Of a stretch of 64,000 nucleotides of DNA, positions 49,283-59,201 are shown one piece after another. The position numbers and the translations under genes were made by a program. Each line of letters starts with the position of its first letter. The first letter of the stretch is position 1. This DNA is from Alkalispirochaeta sp. (lineage in GTDB: Bacteria > Spirochaetota > Spirochaetia > DSM-27196 > Alkalispirochaetaceae). Under the pieces are notes generated by a model that was given only the letters and a program-made list of their open reading frames with translations, did no database searches and had not been told where the DNA came from. Location: positions 1,664,001 to 1,728,000 of the forward strand of contig OZ271854.1 of NCBI GenBank assembly GCA_965601925.1. The letters run 5' to 3'.

Positions 49283-51214
49283 TCACACCACCTTCGTCAG
49301 GCGTTCAAAGAGCGTCTGAACGGCCTCCGAGACGCTTACGACGTCGGTCTCGATAACTATTTCCGCGTTTACGGGTTCCTCGTACGGAGCGTCGACACCG
49401 GTGAAGCCGGAGATCTCGCCGCGGTCGACCTTGTGATACAGGCCTTTTGGATCGCGGCGACGCGCCTCGGTGAGACTCACCTTCACAAAAATCTCTATGA
49501 AATCACCGTCGGGAATGCGGGAACGAACCGCATCTCTATCCGCTCCGTACGGACTTACGAAGGTACAGAGCACGATGTGGCCGAAATCGTAGAGCTGGCG
49601 CGCCATATGGCCGATCCGTCGGACATTCTCCCGGCGGTCCTCGCGGCTGAACGCCAGATCGGCGTTGAGACCGTGACGCACGTTATCGCCGTCCAACCGC
49701 ACCACGCGCAGCCCCTCATCGAAAAGTTTCTTCTCGAGCTCTTTAGCTATGGTGCTCTTTCCACTACCGGAGATGCCGGTGAACCACACCACCTTCGGTC
49801 GATGTCCGTTGCGTTTGATACGATCCTCGAGGCCGACGTACCCGGGATCCCAAAAGATATTGCTGCTTGCCGGCTCCGTGTGCTCGGACTCGGCCATGCG
49901 GCGCTGTCGCTGGTCCTTTCGGAGCTCCTCCAGGGTTCCGGCCGAGGCGTGGCGAATCATACCCGCGGCGACGGTCCGAAAATCGTGGGGATCGACGAGA
50001 ACAAATCCCCCGGTATTGCGGTTGCGATCGTAAGGGTCGAAGAAGATCGGATTTGCCGCGGTGATTTTCACGCGTCCTATTTCATTGAGGGAGAGCGTTT
50101 CCGCGTCGCTACGGTGGAGCGTGTTGACGTCGATGCGATACACCAAATCGTCTACATAGGCCCTCGTGGTGCGGGCGGTGTGTTGCAGCACGTATTGCCT
50201 GGTGATGTCCAAGTCGTGTTGGTCGTCCATCCACGTGAGCGTCGCATCGAACTCCGTGGAGACCTCGGGGATGTTGTGGCTGCGTACGATCATGTCTCCC
50301 CGACTGATATCGATCTCGTCCTCGAGGGTGAGGATGACGCTTTGACCGGCAAACGCCTCTTTCAACTCCTCCTTGTAGAAACGGATTTCCTTGATGCGGC
50401 TCTTTTGACGACTCGGTAGTACGACGACCTCCTCGCCGATACTCACCGTTCCGCTCGCGACGCGGCCGGAAAAGCCGCGAAAGTCCTGATGCGGTCGAAT
50501 CACGTGTTGCACGGGAAAGCGAAAATCGATCAGGTTCCGGTCGCCCGCGATCGTGACCGTTTCGAGGTGTTGAAGGAGCGGAACGCCTTGATACCACGGA
50601 GTGTTTTCGCTCCGCTCCACGACGTTATCGCCCACGAGAGCGCTTACCGGGATGAACTCGATATCGCTCATCGACAGCTTGCGCGCGAAGTCCTGATACT
50701 CGGCCTTGATCTCCTCAAATCGGGTCTGTGAGTAGTCGACGAGGTCGAGCTTGTTGACGGCCACGACCATGTGCGGAATCCCCAAAAGGCTTGCGATGAT
50801 GCCGTGGCGTTTGCTTTGCGTGACGACACCGTTACGGGCGTCGATGAGAATGATGGCCAAGTCGGCAGTCGAGGCGCCGGTTACCATGTTTCGTGTGTAC
50901 TGCTCGTGGCCCGGCGTATCGGCTATGATGAACTTGCGTCGCGGCGTGGAGAAGTAGCGATAGGCGACGTCGATGGTAATACCTTGCTCGCGTTCGGAGC
51001 GAAGCCCGTCGGTGAGTAGTGCCAAGTTGACCGACTCCTCTCCGCGCAGCTTGCTCGAATGCTCCAACTGTTCCATTTGATCCTGGAAAATCTGTTTAGA
51101 GTCGAAGAGCATACGTCCGATAAGCGTGCTTTTGCCGTCGTCCACACTGCCCGCCGTGGTGAAACGGAGGAGATCTCGATCGTGGACGATCGATGCGGAT
51201 TGTTCGCTGTTCAC
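49283..51214 (-). CDS. cysNC: Bifunctional sulfate adenylyltransferase subunit 1 / adenylyl-sulfate kinase (CysN/CysC, NodQ-like)
   Basis: GTPase motifs 'GSVDDGKST', 'GITIDVAYRYF', 'DTPGHEQYTRNM', 'NKLD'. C-terminal APS kinase 'WFTGISGSGKST', 'LDGDNVR', 'RDPKGLY', 'FTGVDAPYEEP'. Confidence 0.96.
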   Translation of the reverse strand: MNSEQSASIVHDRDLLRFTTAGSVDDGKSTLIGRMLFDSKQIFQDQMEQLEHSSKLRGEESVNLALLTDGLRSEREQGITIDVAYRYFSTPRRKFIIADTPGHEQYTRNMVTGASTADLAIILIDARNGVVTQSKRHGIIASLLGIPHMVVAVNKLDLVDYSQTRFEEIKAEYQDFARKLSMSDIEFIPVSALVGDNVVERSENTPWYQGVPLLQHLETVTIAGDRNLIDFRFPVQHVIRPHQDFRGFSGRVASGTVSIGEEVVVLPSRQKSRIKEIRFYKEELKEAFAGQSVILTLEDEIDISRGDMIVRSHNIPEVSTEFDATLTWMDDQHDLDITRQYVLQHTARTTRAYVDDLVYRIDVNTLHRSDAETLSLNEIGRVKITAANPIFFDPYDRNRNTGGFVLVDPHDFRTVAAGMIRHASAGTLEELRKDQRQRRMAESEHTEPASSNIFWDPGYVGLEDRIKRNGHRPKVVWFTGISGSGKSTIAKELEKKLFDEGLRVVRLDGDNVRHGLNADLAFSREDRRENVRRIGHMARQLYDFGHIVLCTFVSPYGADRDAVRSRIPDGDFIEIFVKVSLTEARRRDPKGLYHKVDRGEISGFTGVDAPYEEPVNAEIVIETDVVSVSEAVQTLFERLTKVV

Positions 51215-52128
51215 TAAAAGTATCCCTGCTTCTTCCGGTCTTCCATCGCCGCCTCACTTCGTTTGTCGTCGGCACGCCCCCCACGTTCGGTTACGCGGGT
51301 CGAGGCGACTTCGTTCACGATGTCGTGAATGTCGCCGGCAGCGCTCAGTGTCGCTCCGGTACACGTCATATCGCCGATCGTGCGAAAGCGGACGGCGAGC
51401 GTCTGAGCCGTCTCGTCGTCCACCGTTCTATTGTGCGCCCCGAGGGCCAGGATCACGCCGTCTCTCTCTACCACCTCCCGCTCGTGGGTGAAGTAGAGGC
51501 TCGGTATCGGTATCGCCTCCCGTTCGATGTATTGCCAGACGTCGAGTTCGGTCCAGTTACTGATGGGGAATGCTCGTATATGCTCTCCCGGTCTGTGCAG
51601 ACCGTTGAAGATGTTCCATAGCTCCGGGCGCTGATTCTTGGGATCCCATTGGCCGAAGCGATCGCGGAAGCTGAAAAACCGCTCCTTGGCGCGAGCCTTT
51701 TCCTCGTCTCTGCGTGCACCGCCGAGAGCACAGTTGAACTTGAACTCTGAAAGCGCATCGAGGAGGGTCACCGTCTGGAGCCCGTTGCGACTCGGATTGG
51801 GACCCTCCTCCTCCTTGACGCGTCCCTTTTGTATCGACTCTTCGACGGTGCGTACGATAATCGTTGCACCGATCTCGCCCATCCACCAATCGCGAAACGC
51901 GATCGTTTCGTCGAAGTTATGGCCCGTGTCGATGTGCATCAACGGGAAGGGAATGGTGCCGGGATAAAACGCTTTGCGGGCGAGATAACTCATTACGATC
52001 GAGTCTTTCCCTCCGGAAAAAAGCATCACCGGGCGTTCAAATTGCGAGGCTACCTCGCGTATCACATAGATCGCCTCGCTCTCAATTTGATCGAGCGTAC
52101 TCATTACGTGTCTGGGCATTGTCGACAT
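51214..52128 (-). CDS. cysD: Sulfate adenylyltransferase subunit 2
   Basis: 'LFSGGKDS', 'HIDTGHNF', 'GGARRDEEKARAKER', 'WDPKNQRPELW', C-terminal 'MEDRKKQGYF'. Confidence 0.97.
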   Translation of the reverse strand: MSTMPRHVMSTLDQIESEAIYVIREVASQFERPVMLFSGGKDSIVMSYLARKAFYPGTIPFPLMHIDTGHNFDETIAFRDWWMGEIGATIIVRTVEESIQKGRVKEEEGPNPSRNGLQTVTLLDALSEFKFNCALGGARRDEEKARAKERFFSFRDRFGQWDPKNQRPELWNIFNGLHRPGEHIRAFPISNWTELDVWQYIEREAIPIPSLYFTHEREVVERDGVILALGAHNRTVDDETAQTLAVRFRTIGDMTCTGATLSAAGDIHDIVNEVASTRVTERGGRADDKRSEAAMEDRKKQGYF

Positions 52129-52174
52129 GTCGGCTTCCTTTTGGTCGTAGACGGTATATCACAATCCGTTGTGT

Positions 52175-53050
<876 letters not shown>

Positions 53051-53242
53051 GTTTTCTTTCCTTGTAGATTATTACCGCTCGTATCATAGAGAGGGCCTCC
53101 GGTAACCGCAAGCATTTGTGATCCACGGGTATCTCGCGTGGGAAATGCCGAATGCGCGGGCCGAACATTTTGCCCGGCGGACACAAAAAACTTGCACAGA
53201 AGCCGGGTCCCCAGGTTAGTATGGTGCCTCCGAGGAGGTATT

Positions 53243-54769
53243 ATGGCCCAACCCATACTCGAAACGCGCCACATCGTGAAGCGGTTTCCGAAGGTTTTGG
53301 CGAACGACGACATCAATCTAACGCTTTACGAGGGCGAAATCCTCTGTCTTCTCGGCGAGAACGGCGCGGGAAAGAGCACCCTCATGAATGTGCTCTACGG
53401 TTTGTACAAACCGACCGCCGGCCACATCGTCCTGGGCGGCGAGGAGGTTGAGTTTTCGTCGCCTCGCGATGCGATCGACCGTGGACTCGGCATGGTGCAT
53501 CAACATTTCATGCTCGTGGATACCCTCACCGTTACCGAGAACATCATTCTCGGGGCCGAGCCGGGCCGGGGACCCCAAATCGACTACAAGACCGCGCGCG
53601 AGGAGGTCCGCAACCTCAGCGAACGTTACGGACTCAAGATCGACCCCGACGCCAAGATTATGAACCTTTCGGTCGGGTTGCAGCAACGTGTGGAGATCCT
53701 CAAGGCGTTGTATCGCCGCGCCAAGATTCTGATTCTCGACGAGCCGACCGCCGTTCTCACACCGCAAGAGGTTGAGGAGCTGTTCGCCGTAATCGGCGGG
53801 CTCAGGGAGAGCGGCGTCTCCATCATCATCATCACCCACAAGCTCGAAGAGGTGAAGGCGATCTCGGACCGCGTGTACATTCTGCGTCGCGGTCGAATCG
53901 AGGGCGAGCGCCGTACCGCCGACGTATCCAAAGAGGACCTCGCAAACCTGATGGTCGGGCGCAACGTCGTGCTCACCGTGGAACGGGTGTATCACCAGGC
54001 ACAGTCCGATCCGATCTTCGAGATCGAGGACTTGCACGTGCTGGATGATCGCGGAATACCGGCCGTCGGCGGGCTCTCATTGGACGTGCGTCCCGGCGAG
54101 GTCGTCGGTATCGCCGGTGTCGACGGCAACGGCCAAAGTGAGCTTGCAGAGACGATCATGGGGCTTCGCGCCGCCGTCACCGGAGGAGTACGGCTTGCGG
54201 GAGAAGATATATCGAGACTTACGACGAAAGAGCGCATTCACCGACGGATCAGCTACGTCCCCGCCGACCGGCAGCGGTACGGGTTGGTGTTACCCTTTTC
54301 TATAGCCGAGAATATCGCTCTGGGGTATCACGATCGCGCGCCCAACTCCCGCCGCGGCACCCTCGATTATCCTGCCATGGAGCGCACGGCCGTCGAGCTC
54401 ATCGACAGTTTCGACATCCGTACCCCCGGACCCTTGGCTCCGGCGGGACATCTGTCGGGCGGCAATCAACAGAAGGTAATTCTGGCGCGCGAGTTTGCCC
54501 GCGATCCCTCCTTTCTGTTGGTAAGTCAGCCGACGCGCGGCCTCGACGTGGGAGCCATCGAGTATATTCATTCGCGGATTTTGGACATGCGGGATCGGGA
54601 TGTGGGTGTGCTTCTCATATCCCTCGAGCTGGAGGAGATATTTGCTCTCGCCGACCGCATTTTGGTGTTGTACGGCGGAACGATCGTCAAAGAGTTCGCG
54701 ACCGACCAAACCGATGAACGCGAAGTGGGATTCTACATGACCGGCGGAAAGAAGGAGCAGACTGCATGA
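53243..54769 (+). CDS. Nucleoside/sugar (CUT2) ABC transporter ATP-binding protein
   Basis: ATG at 53243 after GAGGAGG. 'GENGAGKSTLM', 'MVHQHFML', 'LDEPTAVLTPQE', 'LSGGNQQK', 'QPTRGLDVGA'. Confidence 0.95.
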   Translation: MAQPILETRHIVKRFPKVLANDDINLTLYEGEILCLLGENGAGKSTLMNVLYGLYKPTAGHIVLGGEEVEFSSPRDAIDRGLGMVHQHFMLVDTLTVTENIILGAEPGRGPQIDYKTAREEVRNLSERYGLKIDPDAKIMNLSVGLQQRVEILKALYRRAKILILDEPTAVLTPQEVEELFAVIGGLRESGVSIIIITHKLEEVKAISDRVYILRRGRIEGERRTADVSKEDLANLMVGRNVVLTVERVYHQAQSDPIFEIEDLHVLDDRGIPAVGGLSLDVRPGEVVGIAGVDGNGQSELAETIMGLRAAVTGGVRLAGEDISRLTTKERIHRRISYVPADRQRYGLVLPFSIAENIALGYHDRAPNSRRGTLDYPAMERTAVELIDSFDIRTPGPLAPAGHLSGGNQQKVILAREFARDPSFLLVSQPTRGLDVGAIEYIHSRILDMRDRDVGVLLISLELEEIFALADRILVLYGGTIVKEFATDQTDEREVGFYMTGGKKEQTA

Positions 54770-56073
54770 GTACCGCTCTAACAAAAAAAGTTGCGTTCTT
54801 ACCCACCCTCCTTGCGGTACTAACGGCCGTCCTCGGTGCGGCGGGAACGATTTTGTGGCTCGCCGCCTCCTCGAGGCGCGGCGAGGCGGCGTATTTCTGG
54901 GGGATATGGCTCATTGTCGTCGCGGCGGCGCTCTATCTGTGGCGCTATCGACTGCTCAACGGCCATACCGAGCTCATCGAGCTGATTCGTTCAAGCGCAC
55001 GCAAGATGGTAGTGCCGATACTCGGTATCGTCGCGGCGATTGTGATCGGCGGCATTTTGATGTTGGCGACCGGGTACAATCCGTTCCAGGCGTACGCGGC
55101 GCTCTTTGTCGGCGGACTGGTACGCAACTGGCATATCTCGGTTCTCAACGCTGCGCCGCTTATCTTTACCGCGTTGTCCGTCGCGTTCGCCTTTAAGGCC
55201 GGATTGTTCAATATCGGTGCCGAAGGGCAGTACTACTTGGGCGCCATGGCCGCCACATGGCTCAGTATTCGGCTGGCGTTACCGGGAGTTGTGAGTATTC
55301 CCCTCGTCTTCGTGTTCGCCGGACTCCTCGGCGCCCTCTGGACGATCATTCCGGCTTTTCTCAAAGTGCGCACCGGAGCCCACGAGGTCATCACTACGAT
55401 GATGTTGGCCCACACTGCGCGGTACCTTTCGCCGGTGTTCATCCGCGCCAACGGGGGCGATCCGGCTACCAGTCCCCACCCCTACAGAACCTTCGAGATT
55501 CTTGAGAACAACGTGCTGCCACGATTTCAGCAGTTTCTCCCGGAGGCGAACGGTCGCCTCCACACCGGTATCGTGTTGGCGATTCTGGTCGCTCTGGCGA
55601 TTCACTATTTGCTGTATCACACCAGCGTCGGATTCGAGATTCGTGCGGTCGGCGAAAACAAGGATGCGGCACGCGCCCAGGGCATATCGGTGGCCAAGAA
55701 CATTTTCATCGCCCTTCTGGTCGCCGGATTTTTGGCCGGTCTCGCGGGATTCAATCAGGTAAACGGGTTGGATCACCGCCTCTTCGAGAATCTTCAGGCG
55801 GGATACGGATGGAACGGCATATCGGTGGCGCTTCTTGCGGGTGGTAATCCGATCGGTGTGGTTTTCACGGGGCTCTTGTGGGGCGCTTTGGACGCGGGCG
55901 GTCAGTTCATGTCCAGGACGACTCAGACTCCCAGCGCGATCGTCGAGATCGTGAAAGGCACGATTCTCTTCTTGGTCGTGGCCCGCTACATCTACACGGC
56001 CTTCGGTGAGTGGCGCAAACGACGGCGCCGCGATCGTGAACTCGCCGGTAACACCGCGGAACAGGGGGCCTGA
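54766..56073 (+). CDS. Nucleoside ABC transporter permease
   Basis: 'AFKAGLFNIGAEGQ', 'GAHEVITTMM', 'GFEIRAVGEN..AA', 'GYGWNGISVALL'. Confidence 0.92.
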   Translation: MSTALTKKVAFLPTLLAVLTAVLGAAGTILWLAASSRRGEAAYFWGIWLIVVAAALYLWRYRLLNGHTELIELIRSSARKMVVPILGIVAAIVIGGILMLATGYNPFQAYAALFVGGLVRNWHISVLNAAPLIFTALSVAFAFKAGLFNIGAEGQYYLGAMAATWLSIRLALPGVVSIPLVFVFAGLLGALWTIIPAFLKVRTGAHEVITTMMLAHTARYLSPVFIRANGGDPATSPHPYRTFEILENNVLPRFQQFLPEANGRLHTGIVLAILVALAIHYLLYHTSVGFEIRAVGENKDAARAQGISVAKNIFIALLVAGFLAGLAGFNQVNGLDHRLFENLQAGYGWNGISVALLAGGNPIGVVFTGLLWGALDAGGQFMSRTTQTPSAIVEIVKGTILFLVVARYIYTAFGEWRKRRRRDRELAGNTAEQGA

Positions 56074-56074
56074 G

Positions 56075-57025
56075 GTGATTGACTACAACTTTATCGTAAA
56101 TCTGCTTTCCGCGACGATTCGCAACGCCACACCGATCGCTCTGGCCGCTATCGGCGCCGTCGTGTGCGAGCGGTCCGGTATCGTCAATATCGCGATGGAA
56201 GGGATCATGCTCATCGGCGCCTTCGTGGCGGCGATTGTGGCCGGTGCGACCGGCAATCCCTGGTTGGGACTTCTGGCGGCGATCTTTTTCGGCGGTCTGT
56301 TCAGCCTCCTCCACGCCTTTGCGACGGTGACCCTCCACCTCGACCACGTGGTGAGTGGGGCGGTACTCAACGTCCTTGCGCTCGGTATTACCGCATATCT
56401 CATGGTGTTGATCGTCGGCCACCCCGGCACGACCGATCCGGTTCCCAACAGCCTTTCGGAGTTGCGTTGGGCCGTCCCGGTGCTGTCGAGCATTCCGCTC
56501 ATCGGTCAGATGTTCTTCCATCAAACACCGATCGTGTACTTCAGCTTCATTCTGATCGCGCTCTTCACCTGGTTTCTCAAGCGCACCAAACTGGGACTCC
56601 ACATCCGCGCCGCGGGCGAGCATCCGTTGGCTCTCGAAACGATCGGCGTCTCGGTGTACAAGATGCGCTACTTCGGTGTTCTGGTCAGCGGCCTCGTGGG
56701 CGGCATGGCGGGGGCGTATCTCTCCATCGAGAGTAACGTCAGCTTCACCGAAGGGATGACGAACGGTCGCGGGTTCATCGCCATGGCGGCGATGATCTCG
56801 GGAGGATGGCATCCCGTAGGCGCCTTTCTGGCGGCACTCTTTTTCGGATTTGCCGACGCCCTACAGGTGCGATTCCAGGTGTTTCAAATCGCCGATGTGC
56901 CAGAGGAGATTTTCATCATCTTCCCGTACGTTATGACGGTCGTCGCCGTTGCGGGACTCGTTCGGCGCAGCCGTCCGCCGAAGGCGGTCGGGACCGATTT
57001 CATGATCGAGCGCAGCGAGGATTGA
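56075..57025 (+). CDS. Nucleoside ABC transporter permease
   Basis: GTG at 56075. 'ERSGIVNIAMEG', 'GLHIRAAGEHP', 'GRGFIAMAAMISG.W.P', 'PYVMT'. Confidence 0.92.
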   Translation: MIDYNFIVNLLSATIRNATPIALAAIGAVVCERSGIVNIAMEGIMLIGAFVAAIVAGATGNPWLGLLAAIFFGGLFSLLHAFATVTLHLDHVVSGAVLNVLALGITAYLMVLIVGHPGTTDPVPNSLSELRWAVPVLSSIPLIGQMFFHQTPIVYFSFILIALFTWFLKRTKLGLHIRAAGEHPLALETIGVSVYKMRYFGVLVSGLVGGMAGAYLSIESNVSFTEGMTNGRGFIAMAAMISGGWHPVGAFLAALFFGFADALQVRFQVFQIADVPEEIFIIFPYVMTVVAVAGLVRRSRPPKAVGTDFMIERSED

Positions 57026-57104
57026 CGCGATGACGGATGCACACTCGACCCGCGCGCAAGGCGGCCGTCCGGCCGACACATTGCGGCAAACTCGCGCGCG
57101 GGAA

Positions 57105-57133
57105 TTGTGTCTCTGTGACGACGCGTGTATACT
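57105..57133 (+). promoter_or_regulatory. Candidate sigma70-type internal promoter for the binding-protein gene
   Basis: TTGTGT (57105-57110), 17-bp spacer, TATACT (57128-57133); strong RBS AAGGAGG at 57167-57173. Confidence 0.45.
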
Positions 57134-57181
57134 TTTTCGATATTTGATTCACTAGGTTAGTCCCAAAAGGAGGGATGGTTC

Positions 57182-58231
57182 ATGAAAAGAAACGTGAGTA
57201 TTGCGCTTGTGATGTTAGTGGCCGCGTCGGTGGTGTTCGCGGGCGGCCAGGGTGAAGAAGGTACCGGCGAGACGACAATGATTGCCGCCATGGCGACCGA
57301 CGTCGGCGGATTGGGCGATAGAAGTTTCAACGACGGTGCGTACGAAGGCCTGGTACGCGGCGAGCGATTCGGTTTCGAGGCGCGGGTCGTCGAGTCGAAC
57401 CAACAGACCGACTACATTCCCAACCTCACCGGCCTCGCTGAAGACGGCGCCGACATCGTCTTCGCCGTCGGATTCCTCATGGAGGAGGCGGTCAAAGAGG
57501 CTGCGCGGATGAATCCCGACACGTTCTTCGGCGGTATCGACATCGGCGGCGATGAATCCGTTCCCAACTTCCAGGGAATCCTCTACCGCGAGCAGGAGAG
57601 CGGGTTTCTCGCCGGTGTCGTCGCCGGGCATATGACCGCGGAGTTCTCCGACGCCTCGCCCCGTCTCAACCCCGATCCGGTCGTCGGTGTCGTACTCGGT
57701 ATGTTCATCCCGCCGGTCGAGCGCTTCGAGGTCGGTTTCATCCAGGGTGTGAAGTACGCCAACCCCGACGTGCGCGTTCTGTCGGTTACCGCCGGTGACT
57801 TCGTCGATCAGAGCCGCGGCCGTGAGGCGGCGCTGGCCATGATCGAACAGGGAGCGGACATCGTCTTTCACGCCGCCGGTCTTACCGGACTCGGTTCCAT
57901 TCAGGCGGCTCGTGAGGCGGGCGTGCTCGCAATCGGCGTCGATGTCGATCAGAACTCCGTTGCCCCCGATACGGTACTTACCAGCGCGGTTAAGAACATC
58001 CCCGAGTCCATCGAGGTCGTTCTGGAGAGCGTCGTGGACGGAACGTTCGAGGGTGGTACGCACGTGTACGGCCTCGCCGAAGGTGCGACCGGCATCTCCC
58101 CCTTCCACGGATTCGACGACGTCGTTCCGCAGGAGGTGAAAGACGCAGTAGAGGCGGCCACGCAGGCGATCCTCTCCGGTGAGATCGAGATTGCGGCGAC
58201 GCGCGCGGAGATCCAAGATCTTCTGGACTGA
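57182..58231 (+). CDS. BMP/PnrA-family nucleoside ABC substrate-binding protein
   Basis: 'TDVGGLGDRSFN', 'AVGF', 'YREQESGFLAG', 'GADIVFHAAG.TG.G', 'IGVDVDQ', 'LTSAVK'. Confidence 0.93.
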   Translation: MKRNVSIALVMLVAASVVFAGGQGEEGTGETTMIAAMATDVGGLGDRSFNDGAYEGLVRGERFGFEARVVESNQQTDYIPNLTGLAEDGADIVFAVGFLMEEAVKEAARMNPDTFFGGIDIGGDESVPNFQGILYREQESGFLAGVVAGHMTAEFSDASPRLNPDPVVGVVLGMFIPPVERFEVGFIQGVKYANPDVRVLSVTAGDFVDQSRGREAALAMIEQGADIVFHAAGLTGLGSIQAAREAGVLAIGVDVDQNSVAPDTVLTSAVKNIPESIEVVLESVVDGTFEGGTHVYGLAEGATGISPFHGFDDVVPQEVKDAVEAATQAILSGEIEIAATRAEIQDLLD

Positions 58232-58313
58232 TTTCTCACTTGTAACGTTGCGGTATTGATGGAAACGGCCTCCCGTCGATTCTATTCGCTACCGTGACGA
58301 CTCAGTTTGTAAC

Positions 58314-58347
58314 GACCGGGCGGCTTCTCGCTGCTCGGTCTTTTTTT
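58314..58347 (+). terminator. Rho-independent terminator
   Basis: GACCGGGCGGC-ttctc-GCTGCTCGGTC (11-bp stem with two G-U pairs) followed by T7. Confidence 0.75.
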
Positions 58348-58379
58348 ATGCTACGATTCGTTTGAAGTGGAGGCGCGAC

Positions 58380-59201
58380 ATGGATAATCGAATGGCCGCG
58401 GTACAGCGCGCGGCGGACTATATATCGAATCGGACCGCGATTCGACCGACCGTAGGACTCATACTCGGGAGCGGTCTGGGCGTTCTCGGCGACCGGATTC
58501 CCGACGGTGAGGCGATTCCGTACGAGGCGATCCCCGACTTTCCCACCAGTACCGTCGAGGGCCACGCCGGGCGTTTGGTGTTCGGTGAGCTCGGTGGCAA
58601 GCGGGTCGTGGTCATGCAGGGACGCTTCCACTACTATGAGGGCTACTCGATGGACGAGGTGGTATTTCCCGTCCGGGTGATGAAAAAACTCGGAGTTGAG
58701 ACCTTGATCGTCACCAACGCCGCCGGGGGCGTCAACACGAGCTTTTCTCCCGGCGATTTGATGATCATCACCGATCACATCAAGCTCTTCACGGACAGCC
58801 CCCTGCGCGGGCCGAACATCGACGAACTGGGGCCGCGATTCAACGACATGAGTTCGGCCTACACCCCGCCGTTGCGCACCCTGGCGAAGGAGGTCGCCGC
58901 GCGTCTGGGTTTGAATGTGCGGGAGGGGGTGTATGCGCATATGGCCGGACCGAGCTTCGAGACGCCGGCCGAGATCAAGATGCTGCGGACCCTCGGCGCC
59001 GACGCGGTGGGAATGTCCACGGTTCCGGAAGTGATCTGCGCCGCCCACGCTTCGATGCGCGTTCTGGGCGTCAGCGCGATCAGCAACATGGCCGCCGGTA
59101 TTCTCGATCAGCCTCTCAACCATCAGGAGGTGATCGAGACGGGGCACATGGTGCGCGACGCCTTCATCAGCCTCGTCGGCGCCGTCGTGGAGGCGTTGTA
59201 A
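58380..59201 (+). CDS. punA: Purine-nucleoside phosphorylase (trimeric, PNP-I/inosine-guanosine type)
   Basis: ATG at 58380 after GGAGG. 'LILGSGLG', 'VEGHAG', 'QGRFHYYEG', 'TNAAGG', 'GPSFETPAE', 'VGMSTVPE', 'SNMAAG', 'LNHQEV'. Confidence 0.95.
   Translation: MDNRMAAVQRAADYISNRTAIRPTVGLILGSGLGVLGDRIPDGEAIPYEAIPDFPTSTVEGHAGRLVFGELGGKRVVVMQGRFHYYEGYSMDEVVFPVRVMKKLGVETLIVTNAAGGVNTSFSPGDLMIITDHIKLFTDSPLRGPNIDELGPRFNDMSSAYTPPLRTLAKEVAARLGLNVREGVYAHMAGPSFETPAEIKMLRTLGADAVGMSTVPEVICAAHASMRVLGVSAISNMAAGILDQPLNHQEVIETGHMVRDAFISLVGAVVEAL

Noticed and set aside
49433..50419. Long antisense ORFs (also 44244-45371, 52169-53089, 55907-56812, 57215-58216, 58302-59297, 62340-63188)
   Set aside because: They lie opposite well-supported genes in GC-rich, codon-biased DNA and have no recognisable motifs; these are shadow ORFs.
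58232..58313. Resemblance to fluoride, purine or SAH riboswitch
   Set aside because: Core consensus elements were not found by eye; kept only as a speculative attenuator finding.
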